A stretch of 60,135 bases of DNA from Gnetum montanum (lineage: Eukaryota > Plantae > Gnetophyta), in assembly GCA_015680685.1 (NCBI GenBank), contig MNCI01000286.1, positions 157,582 to 217,716 of the forward strand, written 5' to 3'. Shown here piece after piece: positions 39,220-53,490 of the stretch. The notes under the pieces were generated by a model, which worked only from the letters and a program-made list of their open reading frames with translations, had not been told where the DNA came from and searched no databases. Position numbers and translations under genes: made by a program. Position 1 is the stretch's first letter; each line of letters starts with the position of its first letter.

Positions 39220-42200
39220 TAATCATGAAAGTCCCATTATCCTTTTGTAAATTGTTGGGAATGAGCCTAGCAAGGCCCTTCTGGACTTAGGTTCTAGTGT
39301 GAATTTAATTTCTCATAAGATGTACAAAGCATGTAACCTACCTCCACCCAAGAAGAGCAACATTCATCTTGAGTTGGCAACTACTATTCCTTTGGGACTA
39401 GTGAAGGACATTATGACCATTATTTATGGGTGGTCTTATCCTGTTGACTTCCTAGTGATCCATGTTGATAACTGTAAGGGGGACTTCCCAATCATCATGG
39501 ATAGGGTTTGGCTAAGCACTGTTGATACATGATTGGGAATCAAAGACCTCTCCTTAGAGATTTCCAAGAAAAATGAATTTTAGAAGATAGAGAAGAAGCA
39601 AGTTCCATGCATCACAGATAGTGATACATGGTGCAACTATGTGTAGAAACTATGGTCCATAGAAAGTACATCCATCACAGCATGCAAGTAGTATGTAGAT
39701 GTGTCTGAAATTCAAAGGTGCTTGTACATAGTAGCCACAAAATAGGAGGACACCCAATGGCTAACTGCTAATCCTAGTAGCAACTCAAAAATTTGTATGG
39801 AACCAACTAAGAGCTTGATGATTGATTGCTGACTCTCCAATGAACCTAATGACACTTATTGGAAAGAGTTGGAAATCCCTAAGAACTTTAAGTAGGAACC
39901 CCTAGAGTTGAAAACTCTACCTACCAGCATGGAATATACTTTTCTATACAATGGAAAGCCAGTGATAATCAATGTCAATCTTACTCTTGAACAAAAAGAG
40001 AAGCTATTGAAGATGATCAACAAGTGGCTAACAACCTTCACCTGGTCATATCCTAAATTCATTGGGATTGATCCTAGGATATGCCAGCACCACATTTAAA
40101 CAAATTCTTTCATAAATCCAAAGAGGTAGCTGTAGCAATGTTTAAATCCCAAACTTAGGCAATTTTTCAAGAAGGAGATTGAATAACACCTCAAGGCAGG
40201 GTTCATCTACCCCATTGCAAATAGTAAATGGATTAGTTCACTTGTGATAGTGCCAAAGAAAGGAGGCAAGTGGAGGGTTTGTATCAACTTCATGCTGTTG
40301 AACATGGTGACATACAAAGACCATTTCTCATTACCATTTGTGGACAAGGTGTTTTTAAAGCTTTCTGAATAGTTATAGTGGCTATAACCAAATCTAGATT
40401 GCACCAAAAGATCAGGCCAAAACAACATTCACAAGTCCCTATGAAGCTTTTGCATATAGAAAGATGCAATTTGGTCTATGTAATGCCCTTGTAACTTTCC
40501 AACATCTTGTCTTGAGCATATTTCAATAGCAAATTGGTACTAGGATGGAATTCTTCATGGATGACTTCTCCATGTATGGGGCTCTATTTAAGTAAACCCT
40601 AGATTATCTTGAGCAAGTGCTGAGAAGGTGTGTGGAGAAAAACCTTTAGCTCAACTGGCAAAAAAGCCATCTGATGGTCTAGGAAGGAATTATTTTGGAG
40701 AACAAAATATCTAAAAAAGGGATAAGGGTGGACCTTGAAAAAATAAGGGTCATCTAAAGAATTACCCGCCAACTAGAAACTATCAAAGATGTTTAGTCAT
40801 TTCTTGGTCACACTCACTACTAATAGTGATTCATAGAGAATTTCTCTAAGATCACTAAACCATTGGTTGAGTTGATAAAGAAGGATGCTCTATTTATCTA
40901 TACTAAGAAAAATGAGAATGCATTCCAGCACATCAAGTAGAAACTCATGAAAACTCCAATTCTACAAGCACCTGATTGGTCCGGACCATTTCACATCATG
41001 ATGGATGCATAAAATTATTTCTTGGGAGCCCTACTCATGTAGTTCAATGATCAAAAATGTTTGTACTACATTCATTGCTTGAGCCGAAGCATTATGGATG
41101 CACAGCTGAATTACACCACAACAGAGAAAGAATTGATGGCAACAGTGTATGCCTTAGAGAAATTTAGGCACTATGTACTGTATACAAGATGTTCATGCAC
41201 ACAAACCATAGTGTAATCTAGTTCTTGATGAACAAACTAATGGTAAGCCCTTGTATCATATGATGGCTTGTGATCTTACAGAAATTCAATCTTACGATGG
41301 TAGATAGAAAGGGAACCAAAAACATGGTTGCTAACAACTTGTCTTAGTTCAGATGGGATAACAAAGGAAAAGAGAAATCATTTTCTGATCAATTTCTTGA
41401 TGAACTCCTCTTTATTAGTGCTATAAATGAACAAGTGCCCAATGAGCCTAACTAGTACGATGAAATTTTCATCTATTTTTTTCACTTAGAAGATGCCACA
41501 AGAGTTGGAACACAAAAATAAATAATAGTTTCTTCACCAAGTGAAATGCTTCATGAAGATCAATGGACTTCTTTACAAGGTGTGTGTCAATGGTCTAGTT
41601 CGCTGGTGTGTCCCCGATGATGATCAACTACACATTCTCCAAGATGCTTACGAGGGTCCTTGTGGGGGCCACTATGTTGGAAGACACATGACCATTAAGA
41701 TCTTGATGGCAAGGTATTACTGGCCAACACTCTTTAGGGATGCTCACCAATTCATCTACTCTTGTGAATGCTACCAATGTGATGGTCAAATGACCACTTG
41801 TATGGAGGGACCTCAGTAGTGAAGCTAACCACTAGAACCCTTTAACATCTAGGGCATTGACTTCATGGGTCCCATCACACCCATGTCAAATGGAAAGGCA
41901 TACTTCATAGTCATTATTAACTATTTTATGAAATAGGCAAAAGCAACAACCATCATCGACTGTACATCTTCTATAGCTACTCAATTTGTATAATAAAATG
42001 TTGTCAACAAGTTTGATGTGCCATGTGCACTTATTTTTAACAATGATAAACACTTTATAGGTACCACCTTTTAAAAAATCATGTAACACTTTGGGGTTGA
42101 ACATAAATTACCAACACCCTACCACCCCCAAGCCAATAATCAAGCTAAGGTTATGAATATGAAGATCACTAAGATCTTAACAAGAACAATTAGCAAATAT

Positions 42201-42700
42201 AGGAGAGACTAGAGCATGAAACTCAATGATGCCCTTTGGGCCTACCATTCCACATGGAAACTCCCTATAGGCTATTCTCCTTATGAGCTAGTGTACAGAA
42301 AATTGCCAACTCTTCCTATTCAATCCAAGCTCTGTACAATTTCAATGGCTTGTGACCTTGACCTTGACCTAAGTCTAGCACAAAAAGAAAGACTAATGAA
42401 CCTCAACTTGCTAGATGAGAATCAATTGGTAGCCCTATCATCTAACGAATTGCACAAGAAGTTTAGTAAGCAACGCCATGACCTCAAAATAAGGAAGGTA
42501 AAATTTCAACTAAGAGACAAGTTCCTATACTAGAACCTCACACACATACCTCAACAAACTAAGTTTCAAACGTTGTGGGAAGGGCCTTATATCATCTACA
42601 AAACCTTTCCTTCTAGGGCCATGTTTATGTACAAACTTGAAAGCCCAAAGAAGAAATTACTAGTCAACATGCAACAAGTCAAACCTTTCTATGAACATAA
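39220..42700 (+). pseudogene. Element C pol remnant (PR-RT-RNase H-integrase)
   Basis: ALLDLGSSVNL and WSYPVDFLVI (PR); MDDFSMYG (RT, ~40557); NYTTTEKEL (RH); GPCGGHYVG...YYWPTLFRDAH and KLNDALWAY (IN); WEGPY. Confidence 0.92.
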
Positions 42701-44987
42701 AAGAGCCAGTGATGGAAACACCCCCTTGGATGGACAAGCATGCTTAGAATTTTGGATCTCCTCCCTCCAACTCAGTCGTGGGAAAGATGGCCATCTATTC
42801 TAATCATATGAAGTGACTCCTTAGTTTTTTTTTCACTTTTTTGTTTTTACTTATTTTTGTTGTACACAACATCGTTAGTACATTTTTCTCTTTCTTACAT
42901 ATTTTACAATTTATTTTATATTTTACTTTATTTGGTTTGAAATTTTCTTATGTTTTTTTTGTCTTTTTTTTTCTTTATTGCCAACAGGATGTAGTGTAGT
43001 AGTGGCTACTTTTCATGGTGGTATGTACTATAATGTTATTTGATTGTTAATGTCTAGATTCTATCTTTGAATTTTGATATTAATAACTAAGATATGATTT
43101 CTTTTTTATGAAATAGGTAATGAATCCACATCATCCACCCATCCACAAACTCTATGATATTCTTTGTTTTGAAAATATGAGGTCCCTTCTTTAAAGAAAC
43201 TTTTAACGAACTTGTGATCTTGGTAGTTTCCAAACTTGGGAAGGATGAAATGGATTGATAAGGGTGTGACTTCAAGGGAATTTAATGTTCTCTATACTTA
43301 CCTACCCTCTTGAGTGCATGAGTATTTTCATGGATTTGCCACCATTCTGCTGTCGACCAATAATAAGAAGTTAAAGTCTTTGCATGGTGTGGTTTCCATC
43401 CAAAAATCATAAAAATATAAAACATAAAAAAAACAAAAAATTATGGGGATTCAAAGAACACCCCTTAGACTCGACAATAAGCTACAAGCACTGGTTATGG
43501 ATCTAGAAAGACATGTTACCCATGCCTAAAGGTCTCCTCTAACTAAGACCCTTTCTCTCTTCCTACTTCTCTTTTCTTCTCTTTTAGGAATGGTGATTGA
43601 TCTATGGGAACATTCTTATGTCTTGAGGGGATGGATTGATCTTAGAATATTGATGCAAAGTCACTAAAAGTGGTTAGTTTTGATTTGGACTAAGGATGGA
43701 CTTTATCAAGTCATCTTACCCACAAAATCCATAATGGAGTTCATGTAACCATGATTCAAGACTCCATTCCACCTTCTCTTTCATCTGCTACTACTTTTCA
43801 TAATTCACTTTACTACTAGTTTTTCATGATTTCATTCGATGTCTTAGTTTAATGTGTCAAAATTCTTTGGTAGGTTCTTACGGGATTTAATCCTTAGCTT
43901 TCCACAACCATTAATCAACTATGGGGCCCACAAACTCCTTGGTTTGAAGTCATGCAAGGGCATTAAGGGCATGAGCCTACTATGGGGAAGGACCCACTTG
44001 CATATCTCTTAGTTGGGCTTATTAAGTTCTTTATCCTTAGGAATTTTTCCAATCAAATCCTTCATGTGCCCCATCAATGACATCCAATTGTGCACTCCTT
44101 CACAATGTTCTCTAATGTAAAACTTCTTTTTTGTGAATTCTCTAACCCTATTCATGCATTTCATGGTGTTCACAACTTTTCTAGCTCTCCAAAACCTTCA
44201 AGTTTATCTTTAATTCTAAAAATTTTCTAAGCCTAGAACCTTCCAAAGCTCATAACTTTCAAATCACTTATCTAATTTACCTTGTTTTTCAACCCTACCA
44301 CTACTGAAGGTACGCTCTCCATCATGGGGGCCACTAGACAAGAAATTTTTTAGGAATTTTTCTAACTCCCACAAAGGTTTAACTAATGAATTAACTTTAA
44401 AATCATCAATTTATGCAAGTTAAACCCTTCCAACAAACTCATTTGACTTTATCGTATTAAACTAATTAATCTACCATAATCAAAACTTAGCCAAGTGTAA
44501 CTGTCCAAAAAGACAAGGTATCTAAATGCTATTAGTTACACATCACACACTAATCCTTGATTTTGTTGTGATCATAGATGATGGCAACAATGGAATCATG
44601 GACTAGAAGTAGGACCATCCCAATTGAGGGATAAGTGACCTAGAGCTGGAATGAAATAACAACCTAAATAACCCCAGGAGTAGGTAGCAAAATCCCAAGC
44701 AATGGGATCTCTTCAAGACTAGTTGATCTTCTCCCTTGTTTTCAAGCTACTAGAGGAGTTTGGATGTCAATTTTTTCCAGGGTGTATAATTTTGTTCTCG
44801 TGAACATCAAATTTTATAAAAGATTGTAAATCTAAACACTTGGGCACTTAGCATTTGTATGTTTGGTCTACATCAATTTGTGTGTTAGTTAGTTAGTCAA
44901 TAATCCCATACCTTCCCAATATTTTGTAAAAAACTTGCTCCTCCTTTTATTTACTCGAGGATGAATTTTCATTCAATCATGGTGATA

Positions 44988-45834
44988 ATATGAATCATTT
45001 TTTCGTTAGGCCCTAATATCATATCCCCAATATTGAAGCCCTGATATCAAATCTCACGATGCGTTATCAAATATCTGATATCATGGGATGCATGCTGGCC
45101 TATAAATGCAAATCTTGGCTGCAAAATTCATCCATTTCATTTCTTATTTGTAGAGAAGCTCTTACAAGTTTTCCCCCAAAAAGTTAGAATATTTTTTAAG
45201 TGCCCATAGTAGGAGTTAAAGAAGTGTACAGATCTTTATTCGAGCACTGATTTACCTAAGCACCTTAGTGTGAACAACAATAAAGATGAGCTTTTCTAAT
45301 AAAACCTTACAGCACTTGGAATAGATTAATGTTTTCTATATGCATTTAATATTCATGTAATCTAATTTAATGTTTCTAAGTAATTAATTAATATTTTTTA
45401 AATAGCAAACATAAGTACGACCATGTTGAGCATATGTTTAATGCTTGGTAATCCCAGTAGCACTTAACGCTTGGTAATCTAGTGGTGCTATAATGTGTTT
45501 AGAATGTGTACTGAAAATGGGAATAGATGCTTATGTTAGGATTAGTTAAATATTAGCTAGCTATTAGATTAATTAATCATTCAATTACTTTATTGTTGCA
45601 CTTAGCCAATTAAACCATAAAAGAAAAAATGATAAAAATTAGACACCTCGATTACACTTAACCATACACTTGCACTTCACAAGTGGAACTAGGAAGACAA
45701 TGATTACAATGATTAGATTCACTTCCTAGAAACTAGAGTACTTAGAGAGCTAAAGTCTACGAAATTTGACCAAACTGCTAAGTGAACACTAGTGATTCGT
45801 ATGGTTGGGCGTAGGCTATACTCGCTACTCATCA
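44988..45834 (+). repeat. 3' LTR of element C
   Basis: TATAAAT at ~45101; preceded by ttactcgaggatga PPT-region motif. Shares ctttattcgagca and aataaagatgagctt with the LTRs at 1-297 and 58518. Confidence 0.88.
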
Positions 45835-46149
45835 ATGTTGAAAATAAAAAAGATGGAAAGTTATTAAAGAGTAAACAATGATTAGAGAAATAGAAAGAGT
45901 ATAAAACAATGGAAAATTTATACAAGAATGAAAAAATTAGTAAGAAAGAAAAAAGATAAAAAGTAGAAAACTATCAAAAGAAAAATTTATGCCTAAGTGT
46001 TAAATTAACACCCCCATGACTATTCTAAGAAGTGGATATTCAAAATATCAAGCAAGTGATAGCACATCTGGTGGATAGGGTAGAGTTCTTAAAAGAGAAG
46101 GAAAAATCATGATATGGCTTGACTTATTGAATATTAACAAGAATTAACT

Positions 46150-48790
46150 TTTGTGGGTTGGTTGGGTGATAGATCTACATGGCGTCAGATTGGTATGTTA
46201 CATGGATGATATAGGATCCTTACCATGAGGTTTGGAAATTATCCTTTTATGGGACATAAATGGGATTGTAATAGAGGACTTTATTGTCTAATTAAATTGA
46301 CACTTATCTTATTTTAACAACATGTTTGTTTTGGAGTACTTTTTGTGAATTTTGTTACTAATTTGAGTGACTAATCTATTCTCATCTAACAGATTAAGAT
46401 TCATGAGGCATTCTCATTGAGCTAGGCTTAAGTCAAGCTCATGTATACAAGTAGTAGGAAGGGTATTGAGTTCCACATGGATCGGTAATGTGGGTATTTT
46501 ACCATAAACTAACTCATATGGAGAATACCATATAGGAAGTTTCCATGTTGATCTATATGCCCATAGAGCATCATTAAGTTTAATGCTCTAATCCTTCCTA
46601 TATTGAGTAACTATTCTAGTTAATATTCTTGTAATTTCTTGGTTAGTTACTTTTGCTTGTCCATTTTCTTGGAGATGGTATCATGTAGTTATTTTTTGAT
46701 TCGCCCCAAGTTATTGCATTTGCTTTTTGAATGTAGCTCATGTAAGATGAGTTTCGTTGTTTAATATGAGCATGCATGATACTCCAACTATATTTACCCT
46801 ATATTTTTCGAAAGAACATAGTAGTTTTTTTGGATGTGAAATCTGTAACTATAACTACTTCTATACACTTTTTGTAATAATCAACTATAACTATAATGTA
46901 TAATTTCTCATTGGACATTAGCATGATGGATCCCATAAAATCAAGTTCCAAATATCAAATGGTTCCAATTGTTTTATCCACTATTGGGGACCTTTATTTC
47001 TAATTGTTAATCCTCTATCACGTTAACACCTCTCACAAGATTAGAAAAACTGGTGTGCATCTCTAACTAGGATATGCCAAAAGTAGCCTACCATCAACAG
47101 TTTAAATGTGATCCTTCATCCTCCATAATGACCACCACATAGTCCTTTGTGTGCATCTTGTAAGGTTCTTTTTTGTTCTTCTTTAGGAACACACCATGTA
47201 ATTTGTCCATCAATACAAATCTATATCCCAAAACTATACCATCTTGAATCATTAAATGGCTTTTCTACCAATTGAGTTTTAGATTAGTTTCTACACATCT
47301 CTTTAGAACTTGCTCTAAATGGTGCAAGGCTTGTTTAAAATCTAACCCATATGTGGAGAAGTCATCCCTAAATACTTCAACCCCATTACCAATTTGCTTC
47401 TAGAAGATGCTAAGTACAAGTCTCTAGAATGTAACAGGTGCATTACACAAATGAAAGGGAATTTGCTTGTATAAAAATGTTCCCCATGGACTAGTAAATG
47501 TGGTCTTCTCTTGGTCTTCTAGTGCAATGTAGATTTGATTATACCTGCTATAGCCATCTAGAAAGTTGTAGTACTGGTGTTCTACTATAGTATCCAAGAC
47601 TTGGTCAACAAATGATAGAGGAAAATGATCCTTGAATGTTTCCATGTTTAATAATCTAAAATATATACAAACTCTCCATTTGTCACCCTTATTTGGTACA
47701 ATGACTAATGGGTTGACCCATTCACTATCTAATATCATATAGATAAACCCTACTTTCAAAAATTTTTCTAATTCTTATTTAACAACTTCTTTAAGCTTTG
47801 GGTTAAATCTTCTTTGAGGTTTATGGCATGGTTTGACGATTGGATCTATATAGATTTGATGTGGACATATATGTTGGTCAATTCCAGTGATCTCATCATA
47901 GGACCATGCAAATGTAGTTGGTCATTTATTTACCACTTCCAGTAATTTTCTCTTTTATTCCTTATTAAGTTTGGTATTTATAATTACTAGTATCTTATTA
48001 CTTAGAAAAGCATATTTAAGTTCGTCCAGTAGGGCCTTTAGTTCTAAGGGCTCTGGTTCATGTGTCTTATGTATCTCTAGTCGTCCCCATTCAATATCTT
48101 CTTCTTGAAATGACTCAATGTGAGGAGGTTGTCTTTTAAACTATTTCAACTTATCAATTTCTTCTACATAGGCACTTGTAATTCTACTTGTAGGTTCCAT
48201 GCATATATTGGATTTAGTCTCTTCTTTAGGTATCAGCCACTAGGTGTCTTCTTGTTAGGTGGCTGCTGCATACAAACACTTTTGTACATACATATCTTCT
48301 ATACATCCATTGCATGTTGTGATGGTATTTCTTATAGCCCAAAGTTTCTACACATAATTGCACCCATTATCACTATATGCAATACATGGAACTCGATGTC
48401 TCTATATGATTCCAGCTTCATCTTCCTTGAAGATCTCTAAGGACAAGTCTCTAATTCCAAGCTTAGCATCCATAGTGCTAAGTCATGGTCTTTCCATAAT
48501 TATAGGAAATCCTCCTTTGTTTTTCCCCACATGTATGACTAAGAAGTCGGTAGGATAAGACCAGCTACTTATGGTGGTGATGACATCTTCAACTTGTCCA
48601 AGTGGGATAGTGATTAACTAATTTGCAAACTCTAGTTAGATGTTGCTTTTCTTCAGTGGAGGATGATTTCAGGCTTTGTACATATCTTGTGAAATCATAT
48701 TTATTCCTAACCAAAACTCTAGTAGAGCCTTGCAAGGTATGTCCTGCTATCTAGAGATATACTAAGGGACTCCCAAGATCTATTCTTGCC
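46150..48790 (-). pseudogene. Element B pol remnant (PR-RT-integrase; RNase H deleted at ~47225)
   Basis: SEWVNPLVIVPNKGDKWRVC...FLDGYSRYNQI (47424-47759). The RT end runs directly into the integrase zinc finger QDAHKGLCGGHY. Confidence 0.9.
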
Positions 48791-49399
48791 TTGGGAATTG
48801 CTCCTACTTTAATCCAATGTGTTACAAATTGAGTGAGCATGATAGTGGTTAAATTTAGGTCCATCAAATGTGGAAGTGTAGTGTTCCCTTAAGGAGTATG
48901 CATAGATGGAATGGATTTAGGTGAAGTCCCCATCCTTCAAATCCTTTTTGTACTTGTTCTAAAAATGAAAATGAACATTTCTTAGATCTAGGTTAATTTA
49001 TCATTACATCCTCTTGTGTATTAACTACCTTGGTAGCACTCTTTTGTTGTGGTTGTGTTGGCAATTCTCCTTACATAACTAGTGGTGGCACTAGTGGTAG
49101 GAAGTTAGGAATTTGTGGTAAGGAACTAATTGTTAGTTAAGGCATGTAATAATTTGGATTCATGCATGAAGTAGTGGGTTTGTGATACTCCGGTGGATAG
49201 TAGTGAGGGGAGATATAAATTGAAGCATTTCTTAGAGAGATTGAACATTGAACGTAATACCCATAAGGATTTAGTTGTCTATATAGATACTACTACCTTG
49301 GTGGTGGTATACCCCACAATTGTGGTTATTGCCAGTGTTGCTAGTATTGGCCTTGTGGTTGAGGATAGGCTTCACTTGGATAATATGATAGTTGGTGAC

Positions 49400-50710
49400 A
49401 TTGTCAAAATTACCTTCTAGGTAAGGTAATCATCTTAGCATCTGTTTCTTGACAAATATTTGGTTAAGCATGTATGCCCCAAACTCTTGCAAACAGGCCA
49501 TAATAGAACAACATCCTTTAGGGTGTTTATATTAGTATACTTTGCATTCTTCTTCATCTTTCGAACTAGATTTTGTTAATTCTTCAACTATAGCAACTTT
49601 TCCTTTATGTTTGTAGTCTTCTTGTCCATTAGCTCTTCTTTTCTTACTTTCTTTATTTTTGTTTAGAGCTTATTCAATCTTTTCCTCTACTATGTTGAGT
49701 GCAATAGTAAATTTTTCATCCATAGAATTCCACATTTTCTCTACCTTAATCACAATGTCATTGACTAATTTTTGGATGGATATAGTTTTTCTCTAAATTA
49801 TATCCTTCAAAGTTTCTTCTTCCTGTCTTTTGCTTATTCTCACATCTCTTTTTCTCATTGCAAGATCTTGATTATACTCTTTAGTTGATTCTCTTTTCTT
49901 TAATTCTTCCTCCTCTTTGGTCACTTGGTCTATTAATCTTTGAATTTGATAGGCTATCATTTCTGATAACCTACCTTGGGCATATACCATAAAAGTTTCT
50001 CTACTCTTGTTCCTTAACCCATCAATGATATGTCTAACTTGTTTTCTTTTAGAAAATCTATGGCCTGGGCATTTATGGAGTAATGAATAGTACCTATCCA
50101 TTGCCACATCAAAGGATTCATGTCTCCCTTGCTTCCATCCTTGAATTGTTTTTATCAAATTAAACACTCTAGAATAAGCTTGATACTTTTCATTAAAGAG
50201 CTCCATCATGGTACTCCATCACCAAATTGTTCTTGTTGTAAAGATCTATACCAGCTCTCTGCTTTCTTCTTGAGTGTTCTTGAAAACAACTTCAATTTCT
50301 TCAAATCATTCTCAATGTTCTAAAGGGTATAGGCATTATGGAATGCTTCAAGATGGTGTTGTGGATCTACATTGTATCCACCCTCAAACTTGAGAATGTT
50401 ATTCATATCTAGTTGCTTGATGTGACTCTCTCTTACATGCCTAGTAGGGATATACACTACTTCTCTAATGTTAGTCATATTATGAGTGGCCAGTAGCGGT
50501 TCTTCATGATCTTCAGGTTCATAGACTCTATTGTAGTTATGATCCCTTCAATGCTCATAATATTGTTCCCTTTCCTTATGCCTAATTTTATCTCCTCGTT
50601 GTTTACAATTGTCTTCTTCATCATCAAGGTACCTTCTTTGATGTACATGTCTCTCATGGTCTCCTCATCTTTCCTTGTCATAGTTCATTGATCCTTGTTT
50701 CCTCTTGTCA
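49400..50710 (-). pseudogene. Element B gag remnant
   Basis: KQGRHESFDVAMDRYYSLLHKCPGHRFS (49793-50209) is typical of Athila gag; Cys motif near 49480-49520. Confidence 0.85.
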
Positions 50711-50731
50711 TAGGGAGAACCAAATCCTCTT

Positions 50732-50750
50732 GTGAGAACAACAGTGCCAA
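50732..50750 (-). promoter_or_regulatory. PBS of B, decayed tRNA-Asp type
   Basis: TTGGCACTGTTGTT directly after the LTR; canonical TGGCGCCGTTGCC altered by C>T and G>A changes. Confidence 0.75.
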
Positions 50751-51611
50751 TGATAAGTGGATGGTTATTCCAACACTCCACCATACAAGTCATGAGTGCA
50801 TGCACATGACCAAATCATAATCCATGGATGGACAATGTAAGTATGCTAGTGGTTGATAGTTGATTTGCAATTGTTATCTTCTCATGTTGAGTTAGTAAAG
50901 TATGAGTAGTATGGTTTAACTCTTGATGAGGTATATGATATCATGATGTTGTTGGCTCAATTTAATCCTAAGTGCTTCCATAATGAAAATGAGAATGAAG
51001 TCTAAATTTAAGCAATAACTGAAATGTAAATCTATCCTAGCCTATGGTGATAAGCATATGTTCCTAGCTTGTCGTACATGCCCAGGGCTAATGTAAGCAT
51101 TACTAGAATTATCAAGTGAATTCACTACTGAGTAAATCAAGTGAAGCCACTATTGGATTACCACATGATTACACTTAATGCTTGAAATCAGTCATACTTA
51201 TACAATTCTACTAAGAGACATTAGTAAAGTAAAGTGTTCAAGAAATGTAAATGACATACGTGTAAACATGCTAGAAAGTAAACTTAATCTAAGTAAACTA
51301 AGTAGAATGTTGCAATGGTAAGAAACAATCTTGATCTTTATTGCCAGTCATGAATCATGTCTAAGTACAATCCACTAGAATAAAGACTTTGTACAACTAT
51401 CAATTACCACATTGCAAGCATTCATTTCTAACTCTAAGTGTAACTCATGAAAAGAAACTGCAAGAATTTCACTTAGTGTTATGCAAAAGTTATCCCAATG
51501 ATGTGATGGTGGGTTGGTATTTATAGTCATGACTAGGGCCTACTACATCGTATCTATGATGACATAAGTAGAGCTACGATATCGCATCATTTGGCTTAAT
51601 GGATTTTATCA
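50751..51611 (-). repeat. 5' LTR of element B
   Basis: Direct repeat of 32414-33283; minus-strand TATAAAT at ~51519-51525. Confidence 0.92.
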
Positions 51612-53490
51612 CTCCTCTTCATGTAGAATAAATTTTTCTCCTTTTTGCTTCTTATTTTATCATAAACTAAGATTTTCTAAGGTTTTATTCCTATTTTTCA
51701 TGGTTTTTTTAGTCTTCTTTAAATACATAAAACTTCTAACATCTAATTGACTTTAAACATGAAAAAAGAACAAAAACAAAGTTTGGGTATTAGCCAAAAA
51801 TCATGACATTGGTAAGTTTTTCCACTAGTTTCATGCATATATCTAATATTGTAATTTCTTCTGTTATCACCCAATGGGTGTTTTTTTGTTTTGTGGCTAG
51901 TGTGCATAAATACTTTTGCACACACACCTATTTTAAGCAAATTTTTATATGCAAAAATGATCATTTCCTTGATGTTATAAATTTCTTGCATACAATCACA
52001 TCCCATGTCATTGTATGCAATGCATGGAATGCACAATCTCTCTATCATGTTGTGGTCATTTTTCATGGTAATATCCAAGAAAATATCTCTAATACCTAGC
52101 TTAGCTTTAATGGTGCTAAGCCACACTCTTTTCATAATGATGAAAAACTCACCCTTTCTATTATCAACATGGATCACCAAGAAATCTATTGGATATGACC
52201 ACTCCCTAATAGTATTCACTACATTATTAACTTCTCCTAATGAAACTATCTATGATAGATAGTGCTATAAGCTTTAACCTGATACTAGTCTTCTTGATTA
52301 GAGGTCTTATACATTTCTTGTGAAATAAGATTCATGCCAAAAATTCAATCTAGTATAGCCTTACATGAAGAATTTTTTGTAATTTGCAAATAGATCAGCG
52401 GGCTTCCTAGGTTCATTCTCTTCTTACAAAGGGTACATGCTTTCATTTAACTAGATACAACATGAATTAGCATGAGAGACTGGTGTAGAATCACTTCCCA
52501 TTCCCACTTGTAATTTCTTATTATCCTAATGATATAGGAGTGTTAGGGAATCTAATCTTCAAGTCTTATATTGTTTGGAGGTTAACTAAAATGTTTTTCT
52601 ATGTTTAATTAGTAACTATAGTAAGGGACTTCAAGCCAAATACGACTTGTAATAGCTCATAGTTAGGTGAAAATAAGTTTTTATTTAAATTTTCTATAAT
52701 GATTGGTATTACAAGATGTGTGTGACTTGTAGGAGATTGTAGTTCACCTCAGAGGCTAAGAGGAGTTACAATGACCAATCATTGGCACTAAGAACAAAGG
52801 TGGTCTCAAGTTTTGGCCTTTATGGCTAAGTGGAAGACACTACAAGTTGTAGTATCCTTGCATTGATAAAGGTTTTGATTTTGGATTTTCTGCATTTATC
52901 TTGCTACAAGAGGCTATGACTTACAATAGGTTGCAACTAGGAAGAGACTGTGAGGAGGTGTAACCCATAGTGGCTTCTAACAACTCACTTGATAATTTTT
53001 TAAAATTGATTAAAACACTGAAATTGAAAGGGTTTAAAGGTAGGACCATAAAAGATGAAAGAGAAGACTTAATTATAACTTTTTGGTTAGTTTGTGATTG
53101 TTCTAGGTTTCTAACCCCTTCATCGAAATGAATGTTTACTACATGGATGACATTCTTTTGTTACAATTGTGGTGGTACTTTTCCCTACATCGAAGGTAGA
53201 AGCATAACAGGAAGAAAATTATTATGATGTTGAGAGTTTAGGTGGGAGGCATAAAAGGGTGATTTAGCATGTGGAGGGCAAGTTTGTAGTACTCAAGAGG
53301 ATAATAGTAGTAAGATGCATGAATATTAGGACCAGTAGGTGAAGTAGGTTATTGAACATAATATTCATAGAGATCAAGTTAGTAACAAGGGTATTGCTAC
53401 ATGGGTGGTGCATTCCTCCTAACTTTGTGTTTTGTCATTGCTGATGATATTGTTATTTAGGCTAGGTTGATGCCCTGCTTGAATAATATT

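Larger units (their letters stand above)
38337..45834 (+). mobile_element. Element C: Athila-like gypsy nested in B, with 5' internal deletion
   Basis: TSD ATGTT (38332-38336, 45835-45839). The 5' LTR remnant 38337-~38610 matches the 3' LTR ~44988-45834 (ends CTCATCA). PBS and most of gag are missing. Confidence 0.9.
32414..51611 (-). mobile_element. Element B: Athila-like Ty3/gypsy retrotransposon with both LTRs, degenerate
   Basis: Direct repeats 32414-33283 and 50751-51611 with TG..CA ends; TSD CTCCT (32409-32413, 51612-51616); Asp PBS; gag-PR-RT-IN then an env-like ORF. Confidence 0.93.
31021..51803. mobile_element. Probable solo LTR (~1.6 kb: 31021-32413 plus 51617-51803) interrupting element A pol, itself split by element B
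   Basis: Homology to B pol stops at ~31020 and resumes at ~51806. TG...CA ends are plausible but the TSD is not clean. Confidence 0.4.
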
